Made by a program: the position numbers and the translations under genes
Shown here: piece by piece, positions 26,947-36,113 of the stretch
Position numbering within the stretch: the first letter of the stretch is position 1
Layout of the letters: each line of letters starts with the position of its first letter
IMG/VR virus record: IMGVR_UViG_3300045974_000429
Coordinates: 1-64,000 of that record
From: a virus
DNA length: 64,000 nt
Direction: 5' to 3' (one strand)
The notes under the pieces: model-generated
What the model saw: the letters and a program-made list of their open reading frames with translations, nothing else
What the model was told of the DNA's origin: nothing
The model's database searches: none

Positions 26947-28395
26947 CTACGCCGCCCCCTCCTCCGCCCGGAGGCGCGCAGCCTCGTCGGCCTTCGCGCG
27001 CGCCATCAGGGAGAGCTGCTCGGCGGGGAGCACGACGACCTCGTGTTTCTCGCGCCCGTAGGCCGCGAACCGCGCGAGGGCGTGCCGGTCGAGCCAGCGG
27101 TGCGTTTTGCGGTCGAGGACGTCCCAGACCTCGAAGGTGGTCTTGCCGGCGGCGACGCGCATCCCGCGCCCGATGCGCTGGAGGGCGGCGATGACGCTCT
27201 TCCCGGCCGTCCCGATGACGACCGAGGCTAGGGTGGGGATGTCGATGCCCTCTTGGAAAACACCCGAGCAGACGAGCACGTCCAGATCGCCGCGGACGAG
27301 GGCGCTGATCTTGTCCTGGCGTCGCCGCACGCTGTCGGTCCCGTGCGTGAAGCCTGTGCGGAGCCCGGTCCGCCCGACGAGCCTCTCCAGCTCCCGCCCG
27401 TGGGCGACGTGCTGCACGAAGAGGAGCGCAGGCTTCTCGGCCGCCTGGGCCATCTCGACCAGGAGGGCGTTGCGCTTGCCGGACTCGGCGACCAGCTCCC
27501 GGTACATTTCCTGATGCGTGGCGAGCTTGCGCCCGGCGACGGAGGGCTGTTCGCAGGGGATCATGCGGATCGTGGGCTTGGAGAGCACGCCAGCAGCGAT
27601 CAGCTCCGCGGCCCGCACGCGCGCCACGACCTTGCCCGTCGCAGCCGTCACGAGGAGGCTGCGCTTGTCCGTGCGGTCGAGCGGGGTTCCCGACATCGCG
27701 ATGCGGTAGTAGGCGCCGGTGAGCGCCATCACGGTTGCCCAGTACGTCTGGCTCGCGACGACGTGGCCCTCGTCGGCGATGAACCCGCCCACCGAGGCGG
27801 CGAGCGCTTTCGCTCGCGCGTGGTGGGGGTGGGAGTCGTTCACGAGCGCGTCTCGGAAACTTTGGAACGTGGTGCAGGTCAGCACGGCGCCCTCCGACCA
27901 CGTTCCGCCGCCGATGCGCCCGGCGATGCCGCTCGTGCGCTTCTCGTAGCGGTCCGCGACGTCGAGCACGAGCTGCTCCCGATGGACGAGGAAAAGCCAC
28001 TTGCAGTAAGGCGCGCGGCGCACGAGACCGACCGCGACTTCCCCTTTACCTCCTCCTGTGGAAATCCATATAATTCCCTGGCCTTCGGTGAGGGCGGAGT
28101 CCACGGCTCCGCGCTGGTAGTCGCGGAGCCATGCGAGGTCCGCGTTGATGTCGAGCGGCGGCCGCTTGCGGCGGTCGATGACCTCGACCTTCATCCGCTC
28201 GTCGACCGCTCCGCGCTCCACGAGGTGGAGGAACCCGCGCGGGAACGTCCCGCGCCACTTCTGGAACATGCGGATCTTGCGCCCGCCCCCCATGTAACTC
28301 CGGTCCTCGAACGCGAGGAACTCGGACAGCCATGCCGTCTCCGCCTCGCTGGCGGCGGCCACTCGGCAGCGCGCGTTCTCGACCTCGATCAGCAC
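26947..28395 (-). CDS. Superfamily 2 helicase (UvsW-like)
   Basis: LRDYQ, STGGGKG, ADEGH, SGTP, EGIDIP, QRIGRGMR. Confidence 0.9.
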   Translation of the reverse strand: MLIEVENARCRVAAASEAETAWLSEFLAFEDRSYMGGGRKIRMFQKWRGTFPRGFLHLVERGAVDERMKVEVIDRRKRPPLDINADLAWLRDYQRGAVDSALTEGQGIIWISTGGGKGEVAVGLVRRAPYCKWLFLVHREQLVLDVADRYEKRTSGIAGRIGGGTWSEGAVLTCTTFQSFRDALVNDSHPHHARAKALAASVGGFIADEGHVVASQTYWATVMALTGAYYRIAMSGTPLDRTDKRSLLVTAATGKVVARVRAAELIAAGVLSKPTIRMIPCEQPSVAGRKLATHQEMYRELVAESGKRNALLVEMAQAAEKPALLFVQHVAHGRELERLVGRTGLRTGFTHGTDSVRRRQDKISALVRGDLDVLVCSGVFQEGIDIPTLASVVIGTAGKSVIAALQRIGRGMRVAAGKTTFEVWDVLDRKTHRWLDRHALARFAAYGREKHEVVVLPAEQLSLMARAKADEAARLRAEEGAA

Positions 28396-28397
28396 CG

Positions 28398-28724
28398 TCA
28401 GCTCGCCTTCAGGCCCAGGAGCTTCGCGGCGGCCTGCCCGACGAGTTTCCCGAGGGAGGATTCCCGGACGTAGAACATGTGGCCGACCCGGACCACGTCC
28501 ACGCTCGGCTTGCCCGTGTCGTCTCCGAGCGCGAGGGCGCCGGTCTTGATCGCGCGGTGAATGTAGAGGACCGACTTCCCGATCTTGCTCGCGGAGATGC
28601 TGATCTTGTGGAACCCCTTCGCCTTGAGCAGCAGCTCCAGCGCGCTCACCTTCCTGGGGCGCCTACGCGCCTTGTCGGGTCTGCGCTCGTCCACTCGCCT
28701 CTTCGTCTGCATCTGCGCCGTCAT
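28398..28724 (-). CDS. Small basic HTH-like protein
   Basis: ISASKIGKSVLYIHRAIKTG; GGAG RBS. Confidence 0.6.
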   Translation of the reverse strand: MTAQMQTKRRVDERRPDKARRRPRKVSALELLLKAKGFHKISISASKIGKSVLYIHRAIKTGALALGDDTGKPSVDVVRVGHMFYVRESSLGKLVGQAAAKLLGLKAS

Positions 28725-28763
28725 GTTCTCTCCGATCTGGGGGTTCTGTGGTTGGTGGTGCGA

Positions 28764-29393
28764 TCAGTCCTCGGCCAGCGCCTTGAGGAGCCCCGCCTCC
28801 AGCGGGGCGCCCTTGCCGGCGAGTTTCTTGAGCCGGCGCTTCACGCGGTTCAGCTCCTCGCGGGAGGAGAACTCCAGCTCCAGCGCCCAGCGCGGCGCGG
28901 ACTCGTCCCGCACGTCCGGCTCGGAGAAGCTGTTCGGCAGCTCGTCCTCGGCGTCCCGATCTTGCCCAGCGCCGGCGCGCAGGAGCGCGTCCACCTCGTC
29001 GGACGAGAAGCCCGTCGCCGCGAGTTGCCCCACGTCCCAGCCGGCCTCCGCGAGCGCCTGGAACTCCCTGGCGACCACCGTCAGGTCGAGTTCGCCCCGG
29101 AGCCGGTTCATCGAGATCCGCAGCGCCCGCGCCTGCTCCGGCCCCACGTCGAGGACGATTGCTGGGATGTCGGTGAGCCCGGCGGCCTGGGCTGCCCGCT
29201 TCCGGTGCGAGCCGTCGATGATTTCGACGCGGTTCCCGCCCAGGTTCCGCACGAGCACGGGCTGAACGAACCCGTCTCGCCGGATGGTTCCGACGAGGTG
29301 CTCGAAATCCTCGGGCCGCATCACGTTCGGGTTTTCCTCCGCGGGGTCGGAGATGCTCCTGATGGGAATGATCACGCCGCCGTTCGTCGTCAC
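28764..29393 (-). CDS. ParB/Srx N-terminal domain protein
   Basis: NPNVM...IRRDGFVQPVLV...IIDGSHR...MNRLRGE. Confidence 0.85.
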   Translation of the reverse strand: MTTNGGVIIPIRSISDPAEENPNVMRPEDFEHLVGTIRRDGFVQPVLVRNLGGNRVEIIDGSHRKRAAQAAGLTDIPAIVLDVGPEQARALRISMNRLRGELDLTVVAREFQALAEAGWDVGQLAATGFSSDEVDALLRAGAGQDRDAEDELPNSFSEPDVRDESAPRWALELEFSSREELNRVKRRLKKLAGKGAPLEAGLLKALAED

Positions 29394-29986
29394 GCCGCCT
29401 CCTGGTATGCCTGCCTGAGAATCCGATTGCGCCGCAGCAGCGCCTTCGCCTTCGCCGTCGCGGCGTAGACCTGCTGGACGGGCACCCGCCGGTCCTTAGA
29501 CACGGAGGCCGGCTTCTGGCCAGCCAGGAGCACTTGAGCGGCGAGTCCGGCCGGGTCTGCTGCCTGGAGCGCGGCAGGCACCTCGCGGCGCGCAGCGGCC
29601 CGTCCTCGGGCCTCGCAGAGCAGCTCCTCCGGCGTCCGCGCGTCCACGAGCGCCGGCGGGAGGAGCGCCAGGGCCATCGCGGCCTCCGCGCTCTCGGTTT
29701 CGCGCGGCAGCTCGGCGCGCCGCGGAATGGGGCCGCTGCCCGCTCGGCGGAGCCGCGCCGGGCTGGAGGTCTGGCGGACCCACTCCCGGAGGTGGTGGTC
29801 CACCGCGCACTGGACCCACGTCGAGCGCGACACCCGGCCGACCGCGGGGTCGTAGGAGGCATCGGCCTCCAGGGCCGCCACCCACGCCTCGCCCTGGAGA
29901 TCGCGGAGGTCCGCCCACCACGCGATTCGCGCGGCCTTGCGCGCGTGGCAGGAGACGATGGAGGCGAGGAGTTGGTCGTCGCGCAT
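29390..29986 (-). CDS. Phage sigma-factor-like protein
   Basis: Region 2-like DLQGEAWVAALEA..SYDP..G...STW and C-terminal HTH-like segment. Confidence 0.65.
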   Translation of the reverse strand: MRDDQLLASIVSCHARKAARIAWWADLRDLQGEAWVAALEADASYDPAVGRVSRSTWVQCAVDHHLREWVRQTSSPARLRRAGSGPIPRRAELPRETESAEAAMALALLPPALVDARTPEELLCEARGRAAARREVPAALQAADPAGLAAQVLLAGQKPASVSKDRRVPVQQVYAATAKAKALLRRNRILRQAYQEAA

Positions 29987-29992
29987 AGTTGT

Positions 29993-30023
29993 ATTGTGTA
30001 GCATCTTTTTTCTCGGGTGTGAA
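29993..30023 (-). promoter_or_regulatory. Putative sigma70-type promoter of the sigma-like gene
   Basis: TTCACA, A-rich spacer, then TACACAAT; CACAAT lies 6 nt before ATG 29986. Confidence 0.35.
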
Positions 30024-30040
30024 GGGTTGAGAAGGGGGAT

Positions 30041-30064
30041 GGGCGCCCCCGCGAAGGGGCGCCC
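30041..30064 (-). terminator. GC hairpin downstream of 30083-31333
   Basis: GGGCGCCCC-N6-GGGGCGCCC perfect 9-bp stem; weak U-tract. Confidence 0.55.
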
Positions 30065-30082
30065 GAACGACCTCGCCGCGCG

Positions 30083-31333
30083 CTACTTCTTGGCGGCCTC
30101 GGCGGCGTCCTTCTCGGCCTGGGCGACGAGCGCCGCCGCCGCGATGGTCGCCTTGAGCTGCTCCAGGCGCGCGACGAGAGCAGGCATCGCCGCCCCGAGC
30201 GTCCTCCCGTACCGCTCGACCTTGGCGAGCATCGCCTCCGCCTTCTCGGCGCGGCCGGAGAGTTTGCGGGGCGACATCCCGCCGGCCATCACCTCGGCCT
30301 CCAGCTCCGCCGCCTCGCCGCCGGCCTCCTGCTCCAGCGCGTCGAGCACCGCGGAGACGGCGTCCTCGGTCCGCATCGCGGGAACCGTGGCGAAAACGTG
30401 CGAGGAGATGCCCTTGAGGACCGCCGTCCGCTGCGCCCAAGCGGCCGTGACGTCGCGCGGGAGGAAGTAGACGCCGCCGGACTCCCGGAGGCCGACCGCG
30501 CCCAAGCGCCGCGCCTGAACCGCGAGCCACGCCCCGAACGTCCCGGAGGCGTGCGCCTGGAGGGCGGCGGCGTAGTCTGTCGCGATCTGCTCGGCGGCCG
30601 GGTGGTCGGCCGGCTCGAACCGGAGCGCGTCCGCCTCGTCGCGGAGCACCTTCAGGCCGGTCGCCCAGGCGAGGTCGTTGGCGGCGGCGTCCGCGCTCTC
30701 CCGGACGATGGCCCAGCCGTCGCCGGTCGGGAGCGGGCGCGCCAGGACGTGCCGGGCGCGCTGGCCGTTCACCGCGGCCCGGAGCGCGTCCGCGCCCGAG
30801 GGCGGGGAGAGCAGCTCGTCCTCGTCGAGCCCGGCGGCCACCCAGGCCGCCTTCAGGATCTCGTGGTTGACCGTGCCCGAGAGGCGCCACCAGACGATGG
30901 CGCCCGCGGCGTCGCCCGCATCGGGGACGACCACCAACCCGCCCGAGCCCGCGACCGGGGACGGGGACGGCTTGGCCGGGGACGCGTTCGGGACCATCGG
31001 GGCCTCCGCGGCCTGGAGGACGGCCTCGTGCTCCTGCGCGCGCTCGACTTCGGCCTGGAGCGCGATGGCGGCGGCCTCCTCCGGCGACTCCGGGATCTGG
31101 ACGACCGGGTTCGGATCCTGCGGCCCGAAGAACTCGGCCGGCGGCTCGCCGTCCGGCTCCAGCTCGTCCTGGAGGGCCTTGCGGGCCTCCGCCTCGGAGT
31201 AGCAGGGGCGCTCGCGGGCGCCATCGATGGCGAACACGAACCCCTCGGGCGCGAGCACGAGGTGGGTGAGGCCGAGGGAGCGGAGGGAGGCGTCTTCGAT
31301 CTTCGTGAGGGAGGGGGCGGGGGTCGGGTTCAT
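30083..31333 (-). CDS. Conserved phage hypothetical protein (putative early gene)
   Basis: AAGGAG RBS below a promoter; IVWWRLSG and LRESGGVYFLP segments. Confidence 0.8.
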   Translation of the reverse strand: MNPTPAPSLTKIEDASLRSLGLTHLVLAPEGFVFAIDGARERPCYSEAEARKALQDELEPDGEPPAEFFGPQDPNPVVQIPESPEEAAAIALQAEVERAQEHEAVLQAAEAPMVPNASPAKPSPSPVAGSGGLVVVPDAGDAAGAIVWWRLSGTVNHEILKAAWVAAGLDEDELLSPPSGADALRAAVNGQRARHVLARPLPTGDGWAIVRESADAAANDLAWATGLKVLRDEADALRFEPADHPAAEQIATDYAAALQAHASGTFGAWLAVQARRLGAVGLRESGGVYFLPRDVTAAWAQRTAVLKGISSHVFATVPAMRTEDAVSAVLDALEQEAGGEAAELEAEVMAGGMSPRKLSGRAEKAEAMLAKVERYGRTLGAAMPALVARLEQLKATIAAAALVAQAEKDAAEAAKK

Positions 31334-31380
31334 CGGGTTTCTCCTTGGTCGATGCCGCGATGCGCAGCGGTGACAGAAGC

Positions 31381-31409
31381 AAGATAGGCTTTCTTCTCTT
31401 TTGCGTCAA
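31381..31409 (-). promoter_or_regulatory. sigma70-type promoter
   Basis: TTGACG-caaaagagaagaaagcc(17)-TATCTT. Confidence 0.75.
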
Positions 31410-31858
31410 GCTTTCTTTTCGCTCTGCGCCGCTTCCCGCGCGAGGCGGGAAATTGCGGCGGGTTCCGCTCCGAGCTTGTGGAGCGCGAGGCATGCCTGAA
31501 ACGCATCCGGGTGCGACAGGCGGAGAGCGAGGACGCGGCGCCTGGTCTCCGGGGTGAGGGAGGTGTCGCCGGCTAGCCTGACGACATCGCGGTGCTGCGC
31601 CGCCGCCCAGTGGCCCCAGAGCAGCTTGGCGCGCCTGCCCCGCATGCCCAGCTGGTAGCCGGTCACGTCGCGGACCAGATCGACGCCGGCGGCCTGGAGG
31701 TGCTCGCCCCAGGGAGTCGGCACGATGACCTCGCCGGCCGCGAACCGCGCGCGGCGGGTGGTCAGCGCCTGACACCGATCGCCGGCTCGGTGCTGGGCGA
31801 GCCGCGAGGTGGCAATCTCGGCGGTGCAGCCAGGGCAGATCGTTATTGGGTCGGTCAC
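31406..31858 (-). CDS. Zinc-finger-like hypothetical protein
   Basis: CPGC...H.....C near N-terminus; GTGA overlap with the VWA gene. Confidence 0.6.
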   Translation of the reverse strand: MTDPITICPGCTAEIATSRLAQHRAGDRCQALTTRRARFAAGEVIVPTPWGEHLQAAGVDLVRDVTGYQLGMRGRRAKLLWGHWAAAQHRDVVRLAGDTSLTPETRRRVLALRLSHPDAFQACLALHKLGAEPAAISRLAREAAQSEKKA

Positions 31859-33273
31859 GGCGTCGGCTCCCGGTCCACGAGGACCACCTCGCCGAACCTC
31901 TTGACGTCGTTGGTGTAGGTGCTCCCAATGAGCGCCCAGATGACCTTGGCGCCCTTGGGCTCCGGGCCGGGGTCGCCGATCATGCCGTCCGTCAGGACGA
32001 TGATCACGCTGGGCGGCGTCCTGGATTCCATGAGGAGCTTGAGGGCCGGCTTCATGTCGGTGCCGCCGCCGCCCTTGAGCTTGGAGGCCGCCTCCTTGGC
32101 GGACCTGACCTTGAGGAGCCCATCCGTGCCCGCGTCGATGGCGCAGAAGGTGACGTCGCCGCCGACCGCCCGGAGGATGCCGTCCACCTCGCCGAGGGCC
32201 TGCGCGAGCTGCGCGCCGCTCATGCTGCCGGAGGTGTCCACGACGACCGCGACGTTGGGCTTGTGGCCGTGGAAGCTCGGCATCAGCGGGCGGCCCGGCC
32301 CGTAACCCAGGCCCGCCTGCCGGCGGCTCGGCTTGGAGAAGCCCATGTCGGTGGCGCCGGAGGCCCGCATGAGCGTGCGCCGCACGAGGCGCTGGAGCTT
32401 GTCCTGCCACCGGACCTTGGGCGGCTTGATCTTCTCCTCCGCCCACCGCGCGAGCCCGCCGGGGACGCTGCCGCGCCCCTTCTGCGCAACGTGGGAGGCG
32501 ACCTCGCGCGCGACCTGCGCCCGGATGCGCTCCGCCTCCGCCTCGCCGACGCCCAGCGGGTCGCCCTGGGCGGCCTCGCCCGAGCCCTTGCCCGGCTGTC
32601 CCTGACCGGCGCCGTCGCCGTCGCCGGGCTGCGGCTTGTCCAAGCCCAACTTCTTCTCGATGTCGTGCGCGTTGCCGGCGCAGGAGCCGCACTGGCCGTT
32701 GCCAGGGCCGCCCTTGCCCGGCTGCCCCTGGCCCTTGTTGCCCTGCTTCTTCTGGGACTGCTTCTTCCGCAGCTCCTCCAGGTAGACCTGGGCGGGCTGC
32801 CCCTCCGGCATCCCGATGCTGCTCGGCAGCCAGAAGATGTTCTCCACCTGGGCCTGGGCGGCGTACTCCGCCTTCGTGAGCGGGCGACCGGGCAGTTTCC
32901 AGCCTCCGGCGACGAGGTCGTCGTTGTTCGCCATGTCGCTGGCGAGGTTCGCGTTGTGGTGCTGGCTCGGGTCCGCCTTGCAGAGCGCCTCGAACCGCTT
33001 GACGTCCTGCCGGATGAAGTGGAGCAGCTCGTGGACGAGCGCGCCGGCCAGCTCGTCCGTCGGCAGGCCCGAGACGAATGCGGCCGAGTAGTAGCAGACG
33101 TTTTGGTCGGTCATCCCGAGCGTCGAGAACCCGCCCGGCCGGACCGGCTCGCACTCGGCGGCCGGCACCTCCAGGAACACGGTCCGCGAGAGCGCCGCCC
33201 AGAAATAGGGAGCCTTCGTGCGGACCGCTCGCCGAGCGATCTGGATGCACTGCATCGCGGTCAACTTGGCCAC
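31855..33273 (-). CDS. Metallopeptidase-like (HExxH) + VWA domain protein, MoxR partner
   Basis: LVHELLH, N...D...N, Gly/Gln-rich linker, VDTSGSM MIDAS, GGGGTD, LTDG. Confidence 0.88.
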   Translation of the reverse strand: MAKLTAMQCIQIARRAVRTKAPYFWAALSRTVFLEVPAAECEPVRPGGFSTLGMTDQNVCYYSAAFVSGLPTDELAGALVHELLHFIRQDVKRFEALCKADPSQHHNANLASDMANNDDLVAGGWKLPGRPLTKAEYAAQAQVENIFWLPSSIGMPEGQPAQVYLEELRKKQSQKKQGNKGQGQPGKGGPGNGQCGSCAGNAHDIEKKLGLDKPQPGDGDGAGQGQPGKGSGEAAQGDPLGVGEAEAERIRAQVAREVASHVAQKGRGSVPGGLARWAEEKIKPPKVRWQDKLQRLVRRTLMRASGATDMGFSKPSRRQAGLGYGPGRPLMPSFHGHKPNVAVVVDTSGSMSGAQLAQALGEVDGILRAVGGDVTFCAIDAGTDGLLKVRSAKEAASKLKGGGGTDMKPALKLLMESRTPPSVIIVLTDGMIGDPGPEPKGAKVIWALIGSTYTNDVKRFGEVVLVDREPTP

Positions 33274-33275
33274 GG

Positions 33276-33590
33276 CTACCACCCACCGCTGTAGCGGCCG
33301 GAGGTGCTCCCGCGCCCGTCGCACTCGTCGCAGTGCGACGGGTGGCAGCCGGGGTAGCCGCAGGGGCGCCAGTTGCGCGGCGCGGAGCGCGGCCGCTGGG
33401 GGAACTGCTCCGCCGCCATGATCTCCGCCCCAGATTGCGGCGCGGCCGCCAGCGGCGCGGGGCAGGCCAAGTGCGCCGCCTGCGCGCCCGGCGCCCAGAG
33501 GATCTGCGTTCCGGCCGGGAACCGCGCCCCGCACTTCGCGCAGGTTCCCGGAAACTTCGCCGCCATCTGCCTCGTGCCCGTCGTCGCCAT
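33276..33590 (-). CDS. Small Cys-rich protein
   Basis: AKFPGTCAKCG...HLAC and CGYPGC....CDECD; GAGGAG RBS. Confidence 0.7.
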   Translation of the reverse strand: MATTGTRQMAAKFPGTCAKCGARFPAGTQILWAPGAQAAHLACPAPLAAAPQSGAEIMAAEQFPQRPRSAPRNWRPCGYPGCHPSHCDECDGRGSTSGRYSGGW

Positions 33591-33642
33591 CTTCGTCTCC
33601 TCGTGAGAGGGGGCGGCCGCGGAGGCCGCCCTCTTGAGTCTC

Positions 33643-33671
33643 TTTGTACGCTTCCTTTTCTTTCTTGTCTA
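33643..33671 (-). promoter_or_regulatory. sigma70-type promoter
   Basis: TAGACA-agaaagaaaaggaagcg(17)-TACAAA; GC hairpin at about 33608-33633 just downstream. Confidence 0.65.
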
Positions 33672-33675
33672 GCTT

Positions 33676-36051
33676 TTATTTCACGGCGACCAGGATCGGG
33701 TTGAGTTTGGCCAGTGTCTTCATCGACGCGGCGCCGAGCAGCCGGGCGCCGGCGAGCGCCCTGGCGGGCGCCTCGACCAGATCCGCGGCGTCATCCATCA
33801 GCGTCTCCAGGAGCGCCCACATCTTCGCGGCGCGCACCTTCTGGGAGGCGCCGGCGTCGCCGGTCACGAGCGCGGTGCAGGAGGAGAGGACCGCGTCCGA
33901 GATATCGAGGCGGTGAGGGTTGTGCTTCCACTTCGCCTTCCCGTCCAGGATCTCCGCCGGGTCCGGCAGGTCCATGTTCGTGGCGTAGGTCAGGAACTCG
34001 CCGGCGGGGCCGTCGCCGACGAAGGCTGCGACGAGCGTGTCCCGGTCGCCGGCCGAGAGGCCGTGGATCTTGGAGGCGGCGAAGGCCCGCGTGGCAGCCT
34101 CCCAGCTCCGGGGGGAGGGCCACGCCTGGGAGGCGGCCGGGCTGTTCGCCTCGGGCACCTTGAGGAGCAGGTCCGACTTGCGCTTGACGAACCCGGCGAC
34201 GAGGCCCCGAGCGGTCGCCCACGGCGTGCCCCAGGCGGCGAGCACCCGCGCCTCCTCGGCCGCCGGGTCGATGGGCGCGGCGGCGGCGCTCTCGCCACCG
34301 CCCAGGAGCCAGTTCGTCCACTCCTCGGCGGTCGGGGCCTCCCAGTTGATGTGGCCGAGTCGGTTGGCGACCGGCATCGCGAGGTCCCACCCGCCGGCCG
34401 CTTGGTCGGTCGGGTTCGCCGTGGCGAGCACCCGGACGCCCGAGGCGAGCGGCTGTCCGCCGATCATGCGCTCCTGGATGAGCCCGAGGAGCGGCGGCTG
34501 GAGCGCGGGCGGGGCGCAGTTGTGCACCAAGGTGCCGCCTGCCCCTGCGAAGAAATTGTGGTCGCGTTCGACGGTCAGGTCGTAGACGATGCAGGAAACG
34601 GCGTTGCGCTGGATTCGGTGCACGCGCACGAACGCAGGAAGTTGCGGATCAGCGCCTCCAGTGCGTCCGGAGTCCGGAGAAGCTGCGCACGAACCCGCAA
34701 GGTCCGCCAGCCCGCCGCGCGATAGTCTTGTGCTTCCAGCAGAGGCTCCGAGGGCGTTAAGCGGTCTAGCAGAATCGCCGCGCGCAGCGGCAGATCCGCA
34801 AAGTCCGGCACCCGCCAGTTTCTGCGCCCCCCCGGCGGGATCGGTACCCGCAAGCTTCCATCCCCCGTGTACGGCAGCGCGATCTTGCGCGCAGTGAGAA
34901 ACGTGATCATCTCCCGTTCTGTTGGCGTCGGTTTCGCCATGCGGAACACGCACGGGATCCGCCCGGAGATCGTGTGCGCGCGGTTCTTCGCTGCTATCGA
35001 GTCCATCTGCCCGTGCTTCCAGGCCGCCAGGAACTTGGTTGACGCCATCTCGCGCCCCGCAGCACTGCGCCAGAACGCTCCCGCAGCCCGCCCGCCCATC
35101 TGCGATAGATTTGGATGGATCTTCCGAGCCGCTGCAGCTGCACGCGATGCCGCTGCGGCCCGCTCCGCCGCGGTCGTCCTCGCGAGGAACGTTGCCGTGC
35201 TCTTGCGCTGAATTATTGCATTCACTTCGAGCGAAAGCGTTGCACGCATCTCGGCCAGCCTCGTTCCGTGCGCACGCTTCTCCGCAGCAAACGCTGGATC
35301 CGCCATCCGTGCGCGCTGCGTTACCGCCGCAGCCGCCCCGCGCCTTGCTGACATCTGCGGGTCCGCCAGCAGTGCTGCAGGGAACCGCGTGCGAAACTCC
35401 GCTACCGTCATCCCATGCCGCTTCTGAAGATGCGTCGCTGTGAGGACCCACATCGGCAGCAAGCAGATCGCGCAGCGCAACGAGGGTGCTTCCAGCGCGG
35501 AGCTGCTCTGCTGGGATCCAGCGTCCTTCGCTGTAGATGGGGTGGTCAGGGGTGCAGCGGATCGTCGTGCCATCGGTCAGCTCCAGGGTGAGCAGCGCCG
35601 TGACGCGGCGCTGCATGACTCCAGAAACCAGATTAGCGCGGCGCATCCCACGTTGCAAGGCGCAGGACCAGACGGCGTCACCGACCCGCAGCTGCTCGAT
35701 TGGCCGCTGGCCTTGTGGCGTGTGGACCGGCGTGCCTGCGGGGAAACAGGAAATCTCGTCGATGATGACCAGCCCCCTCTCCGCCATCCCGAGCGTCCAC
35801 TCGGGCGCGGGGTAGGAGAGGAGGGTGCGCCCGTTGATCGTGGTCGGGACCGGGACGACGCCGAAGGCGCCCTCGCCGCGCTCGCCGGGGGAGAGGATCT
35901 CGACCTTGAGGCCGCCAGCCTTTCCGGCCGCCTCGCAGCTCTGTGTTTTGGCGACACCCGGAGGGCCGCGGAACAGGAGGGGCAGGCCCCAGCGGTTCCG
36001 GCTGATGGGGGTGAAGAGGGCTGCGTGGAGGATCTTGGCCTTGTTCGTCAT
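33676..36051 (-). CDS. MoxR-type AAA+ ATPase interrupted by an intein
   Basis: GPPGVAKT, IIDEIS|CAPPALQ across the intein, ATANP, ANRL, PSPRSW; spliced product about 381 aa. Confidence 0.9.
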   Translation of the reverse strand: MTNKAKILHAALFTPISRNRWGLPLLFRGPPGVAKTQSCEAAGKAGGLKVEILSPGERGEGAFGVVPVPTTINGRTLLSYPAPEWTLGMAERGLVIIDEISCFPAGTPVHTPQGQRPIEQLRVGDAVWSCALQRGMRRANLVSGVMQRRVTALLTLELTDGTTIRCTPDHPIYSEGRWIPAEQLRAGSTLVALRDLLAADVGPHSDASSEAAWDDGSGVSHAVPCSTAGGPADVSKARGGCGGNAARTDGGSSVCCGEACARNEAGRDACNAFARSECNNSAQEHGNVPREDDRGGAGRSGIACSCSGSEDPSKSIADGRAGCGSVLAQCCGARDGVNQVPGGLEARADGLDSSEEPRAHDLRADPVRVPHGETDANRTGDDHVSHCAQDRAAVHGGWKLAGTDPAGGAQKLAGAGLCGSAAARGDSARPLNALGASAGSTRLSRGGLADLAGSCAASPDSGRTGGADPQLPAFVRVHRIQRNAVSCIVYDLTVERDHNFFAGAGGTLVHNCAPPALQPPLLGLIQERMIGGQPLASGVRVLATANPTDQAAGGWDLAMPVANRLGHINWEAPTAEEWTNWLLGGGESAAAAPIDPAAEEARVLAAWGTPWATARGLVAGFVKRKSDLLLKVPEANSPAASQAWPSPRSWEAATRAFAASKIHGLSAGDRDTLVAAFVGDGPAGEFLTYATNMDLPDPAEILDGKAKWKHNPHRLDISDAVLSSCTALVTGDAGASQKVRAAKMWALLETLMDDAADLVEAPARALAGARLLGAASMKTLAKLNPILVAVK
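34519..35748 (-). mobile_element. Intein (410 aa)
   Basis: Starts CFPAGTPV, block B CTPDHPI, ends VYDLTV..HNFF...LVHN followed by Cys +1. Confidence 0.93.
34575..35573 (-). CDS. Nested +1-frame endonuclease-like protein inside the intein
   Basis: CAIC...THLQKRHGMTVAEFRTRFP zinc finger, basic helical repeats, PT..E...PDF...ILLD...GWRTLRV (Vsr/DUF559-like); GGAG 7 nt before ATG 35573. Confidence 0.75.
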   Translation of the reverse strand: MARRSAAPLTTPSTAKDAGSQQSSSALEAPSLRCAICLLPMWVLTATHLQKRHGMTVAEFRTRFPAALLADPQMSARRGAAAAVTQRARMADPAFAAEKRAHGTRLAEMRATLSLEVNAIIQRKSTATFLARTTAAERAAAASRAAAAARKIHPNLSQMGGRAAGAFWRSAAGREMASTKFLAAWKHGQMDSIAAKNRAHTISGRIPCVFRMAKPTPTEREMITFLTARKIALPYTGDGSLRVPIPPGGRRNWRVPDFADLPLRAAILLDRLTPSEPLLEAQDYRAAGWRTLRVRAQLLRTPDALEALIRNFLRSCACTESSATPFPASSTT

Positions 36052-36084
36052 GGGTTTCTCCGTCGAGTGCGGCGAGGTGAAGGT

Positions 36085-36113
36085 AAAGTAAGCTTTCTTC
36101 TCTTTCTTGTCAA
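36085..36113 (-). promoter_or_regulatory. sigma70-type promoter
   Basis: TTGACA-agaaagagaagaaagct(17)-TACTTT. Confidence 0.8.

Noticed and set aside
28764-29393. ParB-like genes as evidence of a plasmid-prophage partition system
   Set aside because: No ParA or parS seen; only the N-terminal ParB/Srx domain is recognisable.
5766-31858. Similar C-terminal helices in two zinc-finger proteins (AASAVARLGG vs ACLALHKLGA)
   Set aside because: Too short and Ala/Leu-rich to distinguish from chance.
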